Positions 12,268 through 25,083 of a stretch of DNA of 64,000 bases are shown here, in pieces. The DNA is taken from NCBI RefSeq assembly GCF_006345805.1, contig NC_043000.1, positions 14,198,001 through 14,262,000 on the forward strand, given 5' to 3'. Each line of letters opens with the position of its first letter. The first letter of the stretch is position 1. The notes beneath the pieces are model-generated. The model did no database searches. It saw only the letters and a list, made by a program, of their open reading frames with translations, and was not told where the DNA came from. Source of the stretch: Octopus sinensis. Taxonomy: Eukaryota. The translations under genes and the position numbers were made by a program.

Positions 12268-12504
12268 GTATTTTCTTTACTGCCCACAAGGGGCTAAACA
12301 TAGAGGGGACGAACAAGGACAGATAAAGGGATTAAGTCGATTACATCGACCCCCAGTGCGAAATTGGTACTTTATTTTATCGATCCCGAAAGGATGAACG
12401 GCAAAGTCGACCCCGGCGGAATTTGAACTCAGAACGTAACGACAGACGAAATACCGCCAAGCATTTCGCCCGGCGCGCTAACGTTTTCTGCCAGATCGCC
12501 GCCT
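12268..12504 (-). mobile_element. SINE family B copy
   Basis: Matches family B. Confidence 0.9.
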
Positions 12505-12511
12505 TATTTTC

Positions 12512-12546
12512 ATATATATATATATATATATATAATATATATATAT

Positions 12547-12611
<65 letters not shown>

Positions 12612-12643
12612 ATATATATATTTATATATATAATATATATATT

Positions 12644-12676
<33 letters not shown>

Positions 12677-12721
12677 ATATATATATTTTATATATATTAT
12701 ATATATATATATTTATATATA

Positions 12722-12768
<47 letters not shown>

Positions 12769-12787
12769 ATTTATATATATATATATT

Positions 12788-12871
<84 letters not shown>

Positions 12872-12908
12872 TGGTTCTGGCTGTCTATATATATATATAA
12901 TATATATA
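12512..12908. repeat. Long interrupted (TA)n microsatellite
   Basis: Read directly. Confidence 0.95.
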
Positions 12909-13276
12909 CGTACATACGTGTGAACATTAGTGTTAATAAAAGTATATGCATATGTGTATAAGTGTTCACGCAAGTGAATCTTCTTGGTTTAATAGCTTCT
13001 CTTAATCACTTGTAAAGCAACTGTGACAAAGCCCACGACAGTAAGTCTGTAAACGGGCAGGTTTTGGTCTCCTGCCCTGCTTAGCAAGTGACCATATGCC
13101 ACTGATTTTCTTTGAACTGGAACGGTGACAGACACAAAAGACAAGTAATTGTTCAAGTTTATCATTGTATAACATTATTATCTTAGAATGTTCGTTTATT
13201 TTCTTAAAAATCAAGACAAGACTGTGTATAAGGATGAAACGAATAAGGGGTTTCTTTATTTTTTTAATTTCTATTA

Positions 13277-13671
13277 CTAGCAGTATCGCCCGGCGTTGCT
13301 CGGGTTTGTAAAGGAAATAACTATAAAGCATTTTTAGAGATTATAGCCAAAAAATAGCAAAAAAATGCATAAAAAATGGGGAAAAAATGATGGTAATTTT
13401 TTTTTAAATCGTTGACTCATCGTAGACATTTTTAGAGAGTTACTTCCCTTATATAATAGCGAAAAAATGCATTAAAATGGAAAAAAATGATGCTAAATTA
13501 TTTTTTAAATCGTAGACTCATCGTAGACGCGCGCTAATACCCAGAAGGGCTCCATATGAATCACGACTATAAGATACCCGGTTTTGGTTAAACTGCACCG
13601 CAAAATGTGGGAGTAGTTAGGAATCTAAATCGTAGGAGACAGACACACAACCTTACTTTTATATATAAAGA
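13277..13671 (-). mobile_element. Non-autonomous Helitron
   Basis: Minus strand starts TC (TCTTTATATATAAAAG) and ends with the hairpin CCCGAGCAACGCCGGG followed by ...CTAG; inserted between A and T; no TSD; internal ~100-bp direct duplication. Confidence 0.85.
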
Positions 13672-14032
13672 TTAATAATTGATTTTTGGTATTTTTCTCA
13701 TTTGTATCTCTTTATATTTCTGTGTTATTCTTTGTCAATGGAATGCTAAAAATAACATAATGGTGTGGATGTAAAACAAAGAGAAACTAAAGATGATCTA
13801 GCAGTACTCTGGATCCTACTCACCTGAAGACGTGCAGGCATACAGCTATTGTTACATCATACTAATGTAATAATCTTTTCTACTCTAGGCACAAGGCCAG
13901 TTGATTAGATCGACCCCAGTACGCAACTGGTACTTAATTTATCGACCCCGAAAGGATGAAAGGCAAAGTCGACCTCGGTGGAATACTAATATAATAATGT
14001 GTATAATATATATATCTTCCATGAATTAGCAC

Positions 14033-14060
14033 CTGATAATGATGCACCGAAACAATTGTC
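14033..14060 (+). ncRNA. Degenerate hammerhead-like motif
   Basis: CTGATAA(t)gatgcacc-GAAAC-AATT-GTC; palindromic stem III ACAATTGT; core G8 is replaced by A. Confidence 0.4.
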
Positions 14061-14583
14061 GTAATTTGTAATAATGCCTGTTTGTTCCACCTTCTCGACC
14101 AAAATCCTTTCATTTAGGTGCGTACTTGCTGGTGTGTGAACTCTTGTCTGGCGCTTTATCCAGTTACTCGAACTTATTAGAAACTGCAACCAAACTTCAC
14201 CTCAAATCACTACTAGGTTTTATTAAATAAAGTGAGACATTGGACAGAGATGAACAAAAAGATGGGGTATACGCCTTCTCCTCTTCCTCCTCATCAATAT
14301 AACCACTTTCGCCAATCTTAACAGTTTCAACATCATTATTTTCAACATGGCTCTTGCTAAGATCAAAGGCATTGAAGCCTATAACCATCCGGTTTTGTCT
14401 TTCATATATTTTGGTTTTTCCGGTTTTCAGCTGCAATTTACCCTTGATTGTAAGAATGAAGGGCCTAGTTTCAAGAAATTTGGTTTGTTATTTCTAGCAG
14501 GTCAAGTAGAAGCTCCTTGTAGATGAAGTGGATGTAGTTAATGTTTTAAAGTTCAGCTCAAACTTCTATAATTTCGACCTGAT

Positions 14584-14639
<56 letters not shown>

Positions 14640-15107
14640 CATTGCAACCACGTAGATTCGGGTTCAACCCATCTGCGCAAGCCCCTCATATATATATGTG
14701 TGTGTGTATGTGTGTGCGTGTATATATATATATATATGCATGTATGTATGAATGTGTCTTTATGTTTGTGTGCTCCCCAACCACTACTTGATAACCAGTG
14801 TTGGTTTGTTTACGTTCTAGTAACTCAGAGGCTCGGCAAAAGAGTGCCGTACTTTAAAAATAAGTCCTTGGAGTCGAAATGTCCGACTAAACCCTTCAGT
14901 ATGGTGCCTCAGCATGGCCGCAGTTCAATGACTGAAAAAAAAAAAGATAAACAAAGATGCACTATTAGATACACTACGTTTGAAACATAAATAAATAAAT
15001 GAATAAATAAATAAATAAATAAAAGATTTTCACGATTGGAACATTTGATCAAAACTAGGAGTAAACCTCAAGAATAATTTGGTAAAAGCTGTGCAGAAGC
15101 ATATTAA

Positions 15108-15300
15108 GTGTGTCTCTTTGGCGATTTTCTTTCTCCGTCTTCCCTTCTTTGAACTTTTTCTATATTTCTGACGAAGAGCTCAGCTCGAAACGTCAAATCC
15201 TCTTTCTTTTCTTTCTTTTCCTGAGCGTTCAATATCACTGTACTTATTCTACGTCCTCACGTTGTTGTTTTTTCTTGCTTGTTCGTGTTTGGATTGACTA
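15108..15300 (+). mobile_element. Penelope-like pLTR-type short repeat carrying a hammerhead and ending at (TA)n
   Basis: Homologous to 16120-16310, 20320-20520, 52205-52390(-) and, weakly, 48000-48180. Confidence 0.7.
15164..15198 (+). ncRNA. Minimal type I hammerhead ribozyme with intact core
   Basis: ATTT-CTGACGA-a-GAGC-tca-GCTC-GAAAC-GTC-AAAT: stem I ATTT/AAAT, stem II GAGC/GCTC, palindromic ACGT stem III; predicted cleavage after C15194. Confidence 0.75.
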
Positions 15301-15641
15301 TATATATATAAATACACATACAAACAGGCAGACAGACTTAATATGCTTCTGCACACACGCACGCACACACACACACACGCACACACACACGCACACCACA
15401 CACACACACACACACACACACAGGAAGAATACTGGTTTATTGAGCAGAAAAAAGTTCTTTTTATATTCCACGGTAGGCGACCAAGGTTGCCAAGTGTGCG
15501 AAAAAGAATACAAAAGTTACGGAATGGACAAGGAAAAATCCGGGCCAGATATGTTTCATAGCGAGCGGAACCTCAGAAGTGGTAAAAATCCAAGCGAGGT
15601 ATATACCGCTGACTACTCTTCAGGCCAAAGGTATATATATT

Positions 15642-15705
<64 letters not shown>

Positions 15706-15752
15706 CAATGATAAATCTCAGAAGCGAGTTATAACAGTAGCGGTAACACATC

Positions 15753-16063
15753 GTGACGCATATTTGCCATTTGAATATGGCTAACCCCTAAGGGTGGATT
15801 ACTGTAGTTTGTAGCCCCAGGAACATATCTCCTCCAGCTGGCTATATACACACTATCTCTGCCCTCTCAGTATTTGTGAAGGGAAGTCATCCTCCCCGTC
15901 TTCCCAAGAAGAAGAAAGAAGAAGAAGAAGAAGAAGACAAATACTGAGAGGGCACAGATATTGTGTCTATAGCCAGCTGGAGGAGATATCTTCCTGGGGC
16001 TACAAACTACAGTAGCATCCACCCTTAGGGGTTAGCCATATTCAAATGGCAAATATGCGTCAC
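15753..16063. repeat. Long inverted repeat (~125-bp arms at 15753-15877 and 15937-16063) around a (GAA)n-containing spacer
   Basis: gtgacgcatatttgccatttgaatatggctaacccctaagggtgga... is mirrored by ...tccacccttaggggttagccatattcaaatggcaaatatgcgtcac. Confidence 0.92.
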
Positions 16064-16119
16064 TATATATATATATATAATTTCCTCTCCATTTCAGAAA
16101 TATAACTGCACGTAGATTG

Positions 16120-16310
16120 GTGACGATTTTTTTTTACTTTTCCTTCTTCGTATATGGACTTCTCTCTTTCCGACGAAGAGCTATGCTCGAAACGTTAACA
16201 ACTTTCTCCTTTCACAAACGTCAAATTAATATATTTCTTGTGCATGTCCTCATGTTCGTTTTCTCCATTTTTTCTGGTTTTTTTAATTGTTTGTTCTTTG
16301 AATTGACTAT
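16120..16310 (+). mobile_element. Penelope-like pLTR-type repeat with variant hammerhead (16170-16197)
   Basis: CCGACGA-a-GAGC-tat-GCTC-GAAACGTTA; ends in (TA)n. Confidence 0.6.
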
Positions 16311-16333
16311 ATATATATATATATATATAATAA

Positions 16334-16520
16334 AATACAAAATGGAACAAGAACGCAAAGCATCCATACAAATAGGTAATACAAAAAGGGACAACAAAAC
16401 ATCCAGATAGACGATACAAAAAAACAAGGATGGGTCATACGAAGCCTTTTATCCTCAGTCAAGAACCGGATCATCCTCGCAATTTCGGCTGATTAATCTT
16501 GAGATTACTCCAATCTGGCC
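16334..16520. repeat. Unclassified interspersed repeat; a longer copy lies at 28615-29035
   Basis: Shared acaagaacgcaaa...aaaacatccagatagacgatac...cgcaatttcggctgatta..ctccaatctggcc. Confidence 0.75.
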
Positions 16521-16536
16521 ATACATACATACATAT

Positions 16537-17346
16537 TTGGAAGTGGTCTAACGATTGGGACCTGTGTCTGAACGTGTCAAAGTGCTGTCATCTGCTGGCT
16601 GTCGGCTCTCTCCTACAACTCACTTGATTTCGAGCCGGTCGTCTGCTGCTGGAGAGGACCGATCAGGAAAGGGCCTGGGTATCTTGGTGATTCCTCCTTT
16701 TCGCCTTCGGCCCAGTACGTCCATGCTGCCAACAAAGCTCGCGGAATTCTGTTTTTGATTCGACGGTCATTCGGAGTGCTCATAGCGGCCATATTCCTGC
16801 CACTCTATGTCACGCTGGTGAGACCCATATTGGAGTATGGGATTCAAGCCTCTTCTCCTTATCTCCTCAAAGACATACAGCACCTCGAAAGAGTCCAGAG
16901 GCTGCTACCCGCCTGGTTCATGGTCTCAAAAATTTGTCCTACGAGAAAGGCTGAGGACGCTCGACCTTTATTCTCTTGAAAAACGCCGGCCGCCGTGGTG
17001 ATCTCATTCTCGCCCCACAACATCATAAGCGGGAAGTGTAACCTCTCGAAAGAGCTGTTCTTCACTCCTGCTCCGGAGCGTCGGCTGCGGGGTCATTCCG
17101 AAAAGCTCTACCCGACGATTTCATCTCAATCGAAGGAGAGGAGCTTTCTCCGTCCCGGTTGCGGATCCGTGGAACAAGCTGCCAGATGAGATGTGAAGAT
17201 GCCGACGACCGCTTTGGTCAAAGCTCCCTGGACCTCAAGTGGCCTGAACTCTTTACATGAACACCACCCTGTACTTTAACTCCATGTCCCCTACATGCCC
17301 TTGCTATTTGCTTTTGAGCCAATTAACTAACTAACTAACTAACTAA
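16537..17346 (+). pseudogene. 5'-truncated CR1/L2-group LINE (C-terminal ORF2, 3' UTR, (AACT)n tail)
   Basis: WSNDWDLCLNVSKC, LYVTLVRPILEYGIQASSPYLLKDIQHLERVQR and LRGHSEKL motifs; ends in a tandem (aact)n tail; sits within (ACAT)n. Confidence 0.85.
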
Positions 17347-17381
17347 CATACATACATACATACATACATACATACATACAT

Positions 17382-17420
<39 letters not shown>

Positions 17421-17513
17421 TACATACATACATACATACCATACATGCATGCATACAAACATCACTGGGGTGCTTTGGAGGCAGAATGAGGAAAAGAAGA
17501 AAGGAAGAAAGAA

Positions 17514-17567
<54 letters not shown>

Positions 17568-17752
17568 AGGCAGGGGGGGAAGAAGAGAAAAGAAGAATCT
17601 GATGCATTGCCATATTGAATGCAAGAAAGTGTATATTGGCTATCATTTGTGAAAGTGAAACAGTGCTGACAGGTGGATGAGAACACCGTAACTTCAGCAT
17701 TATTGCACACACAGTCACGTGGTCTGTGGTACAGATGATACTGCTGATGGCG

Positions 17753-17811
<59 letters not shown>

Positions 17812-18402
17812 GGTGGTGGTGGTTACAGTGACGACGACGACGTCGTTGCTTCTTAGCCCCAGGCCAGTCCTAACTGAAATGACCTATTGATCATCACTGT
17901 TCCAGATATGGCCATCCTGCCTCCTTTTCAAACATCGTATATTTTGAGCGTACATTATTCGTTGTAGCTTGGCGGCATTCTCTTCCGATTCTTTACGTTC
18001 TGAGTTCAAATTCTGCCAAGGTCAACTTTGCTTTTCATCCCTTCGGGGGGGGGGGTCGATAAAATAAGTACCAGTCATCTACTGGGGATCAAAGTGTAAT
18101 CGACTTCCCCTTCTTCTCAAAGCTGTTGACTTTGTGCCAAAATCAGAAACAATTATTCAATGACAGAGACCTGGCTGCTTGTTCTAGCACTTCGAGCAAA
18201 AGGTTGGCGTCCCTCTCGGTGGCATTGGTGAGTGTAGTGGTTGCGGTGGCGGTGGTGGTGGTGGTGTGGTGGTGGTTTGCGGCGAAGAGAGATGGTGGAT
18301 GATGATGTTAGTGGTGAAGATGCTGATGGTATTGGTGTGGTTGGGAATATGGTAGCCGCGGTAGTGGTGGGAGTGTGGTAGTGGTGGGAGTGGTTGTTGT
18401 TG

Positions 18403-18434
<32 letters not shown>

Positions 18435-18599
18435 GGTGGTGGTGGCGGCAATAGTGAGGTTGCTGACTGCGGTGGTATTTGCGAGGTTATTATTGATGGT
18501 ATAGTTTAAAAGTGATGGTAGCGGTGGTTGAAACATTTGGTGGTTGTGCTGACGGTGGTTGGTATTGGCGGTGTTAGTGGTGACCGCGGGATATTAAAG

Positions 18600-19001
18600 A
18601 AAGTGGTATGGCATTAGCGTTGTTGTTGTTGTTGCTGTTAGTAGCAGTAGTGTAAATGGTGATGGTGGTAGTAGTGTAAATGGTGGTGGTGGTAGTTGTG
18701 GTGGTAGTTGTGGTGGTGGTTGTTGTGGTAGTAGTAGTAATAATAATAATAGTAGTAGTAGTAGTAGTAGTAGTAGTAATGGTGATGGTGATGGTGGTGG
18801 TGGTAGTTGTGGTAGTGGTAGTTGCGGTGGTGGTAGTTGTGGTGGTGGTGGTGGTAGTAGTAGTAGTAGTAGTGGTGCTGGTGTTAGTTGTGGTAGTAGT
18901 AGTGGTAGTGGTGATGGTGGTGGTGGTGGTAGTATTAGTAGTAGTGATGGTGGTGGTGGTGGTGGTAGTAGTAGTATTAGTAGTAGTATTAGTAGTAGTA
19001 T

Positions 19002-19032
<31 letters not shown>

Positions 19033-19040
19033 GGTAGTAT

Positions 19041-19090
<50 letters not shown>

Positions 19091-19155
19091 ATGGTGGTGG
19101 TGGTGGTGATGATAGTGGTGATGGTGGTGGTGGTGATGGCGGCGGCGGCGGCGGT
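18600..19155. repeat. Compound (GTG)/(GTA)/(GTT) trinucleotide microsatellite
   Basis: Read directly. Confidence 0.95.
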
Positions 19156-19508
19156 TGCAGAGAAGAGAAATCAGCCTCAAGATTTGCATGTGTTAAAGAC
19201 AGAAAATGGAACGCATGCGTTCGAGGTTGGGAGGGAGTGTTTTTTTTTTCGTCCATCACTGGCTTTCATCGTCTCTCCTTTTGCGGAGAAGCATAAGAGG
19301 TTGTGTGGTAAGCCTGAATGATGGAGTATACGTATGTATATATATATATATATATGAATATATGGATGTGTAGTAAGATGTTTGCTTCTCAACCGCATGT
19401 TTTCTGGGGTTCAGTCCTACAGCGTGGCACGTTGGGCAACCCTTGGGCCAACCACAGCTTTGTGAATGGATTTAGTAGAAAGAAACTGAAGGAAGCCCGT
19501 CGCATACA

Positions 19509-19557
<49 letters not shown>

Positions 19558-19697
19558 GTGTGTGTGTGTGCGTGCGTGTCTATATTTGTTCCTCATCATC
19601 GCTTGACAACCGACGTTGGTATATTTATGTCGCATGTGATAGCGGTTTGGCAAAATCGAGCGATAAAATAAGTATCAGGCTAAAAAAAAAAAGTACT

Positions 19698-19737
<40 letters not shown>

Positions 19738-19741
19738 CATG

Positions 19742-19778
<37 letters not shown>

Positions 19779-19819
19779 CACACACACACCACATATATAT
19801 ATATATATATATATATATA

Positions 19820-20205
19820 GGCGTAGGAGTGGCTGTGTGGTAAGTAGCTTGCTTACGAACCACAAGGTTACGGGTTCAGTCCCACTGCATGGCACCTTGG
19901 GCAAGTGTCTTCTACGATAGCCTCTGGAAAACCAAAGCCTTGTGAGTGGATTTGGTTGGCGGAAACTGAAAGAAGCCCGTCATATATATGTATATATATA
20001 TATATATGTATGTATGTATGTATATGTTTGTTCCCCCCCCCCCGATGCTGGTATGTTTACGTCCCCGTAACTTAGCGGATCGGCAAAAGAGACCGATAGA
20101 ATAAGTACTGGGCTTACAAAGAATAAGTCCTGGGCTCGATTTGCTCGACTAAAGGCGCTGCTCCAACATGGCCACAGTCAAATGACTGAAACAAGTAAAA
20201 GAGTT
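19820..20205 (+). mobile_element. SINE family A copy; a more degenerate copy precedes it at ~19365-19700
   Basis: Matches family A. Confidence 0.9.
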
Positions 20206-20210
20206 AAGAG

Positions 20211-20241
<31 letters not shown>

Positions 20242-20276
20242 GCACGCACGCACACACACACACACACACACACACA

Positions 20277-20318
<42 letters not shown>

Positions 20319-20319
20319 G

Positions 20320-20515
20320 TGACCTCGTGAAGACCACTTGCATTTTTTTCTCCTCTGTCCTCCCCCTCGGGATCTTTCTTTCTCCTATGTTTCCGACGAA
20401 GAGCTCCGCTCGAAACGTCATACCCTCCTTCTTCCCTTTCTTCCTGAGCGCCCAATAATACTTCATTTGTTCCACATCCTCGCGTTGTTGTCTTTTTGTT
20501 TTCTTGTTTGGATTA

Positions 20516-20520
<5 letters not shown>
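20320..20520 (+). mobile_element. Penelope-like pLTR-type repeat with variant hammerhead (20393-20419), flanked by (TA)n on both sides
   Basis: CCGACGA-a-GAGC-tcc-GCTC-GAAAC-GTC. Confidence 0.65.
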
Positions 20521-20578
<58 letters not shown>

Positions 20579-20965
20579 GTGTGTGTGTATGTAAGGAAAT
20601 ATAATATCAAGAAAGCATTAATACATTCTCCTCTATATCTGAACACCTACAACTAGAAGACTAAATGTCACTACAAAAGGAACATTGAGGACTCCTCCTG
20701 GTGAACATATCTCAGAGTAGCCAAAATTGTAAGCCTGTACCTTGACTCTTTCTCTCCAGAGTCACGATATACTCATCTCTGAACAATTCAAGCCGTCTCC
20801 AAAGTTCGAGTCAGACCCACAATCCGATGCGTAACGAAGGAGAGGGTCCATCCTTTGGATTCATGTATGAAGAGGAACAAAATTTCCTCTTGGTTTTTCA
20901 TGCCAGTTAATCAAAATAGGCACTGAGACGTTTCATGCTGCTACACACACACACACGCACACACA

Positions 20966-21007
<42 letters not shown>

Positions 21008-21392
21008 TCTTAAACTGAATCCATTCCTATTAATTGGCATGAAGTATGTCACTAGTTTGTTCCGGATCTGGATTTAATTCGCTACCCAATCACATAAGGA
21101 CCAAAATGTACATATTCGAATAAATGTAAAGCGAAGCGGAGAAAGGCATCACACACACACACACACACACACATTTATATCGTGGTGTATAACAACGTCC
21201 GCTGGTCACAATGTGCTTCGCCTTGTTGTAGCTTTCGAATGATGCCACCCGGTGGGTAGGTGAGTAGGCCAACTTTATCCCTGAACGGAACGGCAGTCCG
21301 TCGCAGGATTACCTTTTTACATCCGAGTGGACTGGGAATGAAAACCACCATCTTACCACACAAACACACACACACACACACACCACACACAC

Positions 21393-21443
<51 letters not shown>

Positions 21444-22499
21444 TCCGAAAGGGTACACGGAAAGACGACCGTGCTCGGCATAGTTACGGGCTGCTCTTTG
21501 GCAAGGCTTTGCGCCAGTTCAGCCGCCCTGCAAAGGATTCGACGAAATCATGGAACTGCAGCTCAACGGTGCTTCTTACATTGATGTTGAGCAGAAGAAT
21601 TGTAGATCAACAGCCAGGATTACCAAGCTCTATCAACAGAGTTACTACAATGAGTTCAAAAGAGCGACGTCCACCGTTGTGCAATCAGCTAATGAAAGAT
21701 TCAATACGACTCAAGCTCTCAATTCAATTTATAATAAAATTGGATGGCGACAGAGTTACGGGAATCCGTATAAGCAGCGCGACCGGATGATACATTCCGA
21801 AACCCCACCGAGATAAGTGGTGGAGCTAAGTGGAAGTCATCGAAAAGACCATTTTTGTTTTTGAGTGATATATTAATCCGTTGTCATGTTACTTAACAGC
21901 ACCATCTTCCTCGAAACATTGCCTCTTTGCGAACCAAATTTCACTCACAAGGAGTTGGTCGATCCGAGGATATGGTACAAGACACCATTTTCTTCCATTT
22001 CTTGATCCACCGTACACCTCTTCCTTCAGATTCATTATTATGTCTCCCTCACCCTTCTCTAAGGTGCGTGCAGTGTTATCAAACTCGAAACTATATAGTT
22101 GTAAAGGGAACTTCTAAAACACACAACTATATCCACGCAAGCCTTTAAACCAGACTCTTCCAATCATTTTTTTTTGTTCTTTTTCCGGAAGCATAGACCA
22201 TGATGGTCATATGTGCTGTCAGTCAGTTCCAACAACAGTGGTACAGTGTAGCGTGTGCCTCCTAGAGCAGCCTTTAAGTTTGTGGTCCTCCAACCTCAGG
22301 CCCCACCAGCCAAAAGTGCCACCTCCATAAAAGTATCAGCTAGGTTTGATCGGCCCCTCACCCTTCACCGACCCACATTACTGCCTATGAGGTTAAGAAA
22401 GCCTGCAAAGACTATGGCCACTGTTTGTCATCCTGTGACTTACCTAACAAGAACTTCATATTTTAAAGGATACAAAGGAATAAAGTTTCTCTCCTAGTC

Positions 22500-22730
22500 A
22501 TATAGACCCATTGGGCCACTTTCCTGGATTCTCTGGCGAATATACTGTCCCCTGGATAGGATGCCAGTCCGCAGCAGAAGTACTCATTTTTTGCTTGCTG
22601 ACTGAACTGGAGTAACGCGAAACAAAATGTTTTGCTCAAGAGCACAACGCATCGCCTGGTCCAGGAATCGAAACCACAATCTTACGACCATGAGTCTAAT
22701 ATTCTTAACCACTAAGCTACGCGTCTTCAC
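22500..22730 (-). mobile_element. SINE family D-related copy
   Basis: tRNA-like head followed by gtgctcttgagcaaaacatttt...ctccagttcagtcagc on the minus strand. Confidence 0.75.
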
Positions 22731-22895
22731 TACCATATCTTCTCTTCATTGAAATCAATAGTGCTGTAGTGTTTAGTAGTGGGGGCAGTCGATCTTTCTG
22801 GTCGAACCAAGAAAGCTCCGTTGGTTTTACCCAATTATTGATGCTATCTGTCGGATGCAACTTCAGCAGAAGCGTCACCACTTTCAAAATGTTTT

Positions 22896-22926
<31 letters not shown>

Positions 22927-23729
22927 TTTATTTATCTATTTATTTATTTTATGACGAGGAAATTGAACTCAGAATGTACAGAACCAAAGCGACTCTGCCA
23001 CATGGAGACTCATTCAGTGCCTTAACAACTTCGTCAATCCATCCTAGACAGTATTTTTTGTTTTCTTATCGAGCCCGAAACCAAGAGCCCCAGAGCAAGG
23101 CAAAATTGGTCCTGGCAGGATTTGAACTCAGAGTACAGAAAGTCAGAACAGCTACCGTGAGGCAGTCAATAGTGTTAATTACTCTTTAATGTAGAGTGAA
23201 GGTATGATTGATTGATTGATTGATTCTAGTTTCAGCTCATGAGCTGTGGCCATGCTGGGGCACCGCCATTAAATGTTAAGTAGGAATTGACGTATGACAC
23301 GCTTTATCAGACCTTTGTGTGGTCTTGTCACGTGATTATTTGCCTGCAGTTTCCTCTGATATCTCCCTCCCATTTCATCTCTTACTCCCCTTCACTATAC
23401 TTGCCTCTAACCATTTCCCCCTCCTCACTTTCTTCATTTCTTTCTTAAGTGTTTCTTCATTCTCGTTTTCTCTCCCCTAGACCTTTTCGTTTTCTCTGTT
23501 TTTCTACATGTTCACACACTGCTCTTTTCTCACTTTCTCCTGCTCTCTCTCTCTACTCTTTTTCTTTCTTTCTTTCTTTCTTTCCTTGTTTTCCCACTCG
23601 CTCGCTCTCTTTTTTTCTTGGCTTCTCTCCATTTTAACCCAGTTATTACAACTTGTCGAACATGTCTGGGTCTTGTCACAACAAAATCTAATATACATAT
23701 ACACACATATAATCATATGATTAGAGAGA

Positions 23730-23810
<81 letters not shown>

Positions 23811-24267
23811 TGTGTGTGTGTGTGTATGTACGTGTTTCGGGAACGGCTCAAGAACTTTACGTCCGGCAGTTTGTTGCTCAGCAGCGAAACTTCAGCAGTT
23901 AAATCCTATGACCCACTTGCTTACCTGAAAGCTCCCGATGCCAACATGCAATCTGATGAGATGACTCAAGCATCTCTGCGGTGAGCCAAACATTCGCAGA
24001 CATTACAAACATTACAGAACGTTGTAAAAACATCTTGATTCTTTGTCTTTCTAGAATAAAACGTAACCTAGGTGAATTATAAAGTCGTGACCGAAACTCA
24101 TCCTTCAGTGGAAATGAGAAGTGAGAAGCATAAAATCCTAAGATTCTTGGGAATTTTCGGGAAATATACCCCGAAATTTTATGTTATAGCTTTTAATTCT
24201 CTTATTAGGAATTTTGGATTCGAGAAAGCAAGAATCGTAGCAAAAATTAATTTTTAAAAAATGTGCC

Positions 24268-24433
24268 GGCGCAGGAGTGGCTGTGTGGTAAGTAGCTTGC
24301 TAACCAACCGCATGGTTCCGGGTTCAGTCCCACTGCGTGGCATCTTGGGCAAGTGTCTTCTGCTATAGCCCCGGGCCGACCAATGCCTTGTGAGTGGATT
24401 TGGTAGACGGAAACTGAAAGAAGCCTGTTCGTA

Positions 24434-24494
<61 letters not shown>

Positions 24495-24690
24495 CTGTGT
24501 TTGTCCCCCTAGCATTGCTTGACAACCGATGCTGGTATGCTTACGTCCCCGTCACTTAGCGGTTCGGCAAAAAGAGACCGAGAGAATAAGTACTGGGCTT
24601 ACAAGGAATAAGTCCCGGGGTCGATTTGCTCGACTAAAGGCGGTGCTCCAGCATGGCCGCAGTCAAATGACTGAAACAAGTAAAAAAGTA
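24268..24690 (+). mobile_element. SINE family A, full length
   Basis: Reference-quality copy of the family. Confidence 0.92.
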
Positions 24691-25024
24691 AAAAAAGTAA
24701 AAAAAAAAAAAGTAAAGTGGACGTGTGCTGAGAAGTTTATTTCTTAACTACATGGTGACAGTTCAGTTCCAATATATGACACTTCGAGCAAGTGAGTGTC
24801 TTCTACAGAAGCATCGGACCGATCAAAGCATTGTGAAAGGATTTGGTATACAGAAACTGAAAGAAGTCCATCGTATATGTCCGGTCATATAGTGACCAAT
24901 AATTTCGCATCCATAAAGGGCCTAGCCCCATAGATGACTCGTCAGACTCTAAAGCCGAAGACAAATTACTCTTCAACTCTGGGAGGCAGGAATCCGCTAT
25001 GGTGAGTTAGCATATATGTGTATA

Positions 25025-25083
<59 letters not shown>

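Noticed and set aside
15425-15630. Minus-strand segment with CTGAAGA / CTGAGG..GAAACAT and AATAAA as another pLTR
   Set aside because: Motifs are incomplete and the segment is single-copy in the window; suggestive only.
16425-16500. Minus-strand CTGAGGA...G(A/T)ATGAC in the repeat shared with 28710-28780 as a hammerhead
   Set aside because: No GAAA at the required position and no convincing stems I and II.
23953-23980. CTGATGA followed by a hairpin as a hammerhead
   Set aside because: The hairpin is not followed by GAAA or a stem III.
24036-24237. Weak inverted ends (gattctttgtctttctagaat / attcgagaaagcaagaatc) as a MITE
   Set aside because: Short, mismatched and without a TSD; cannot be supported.
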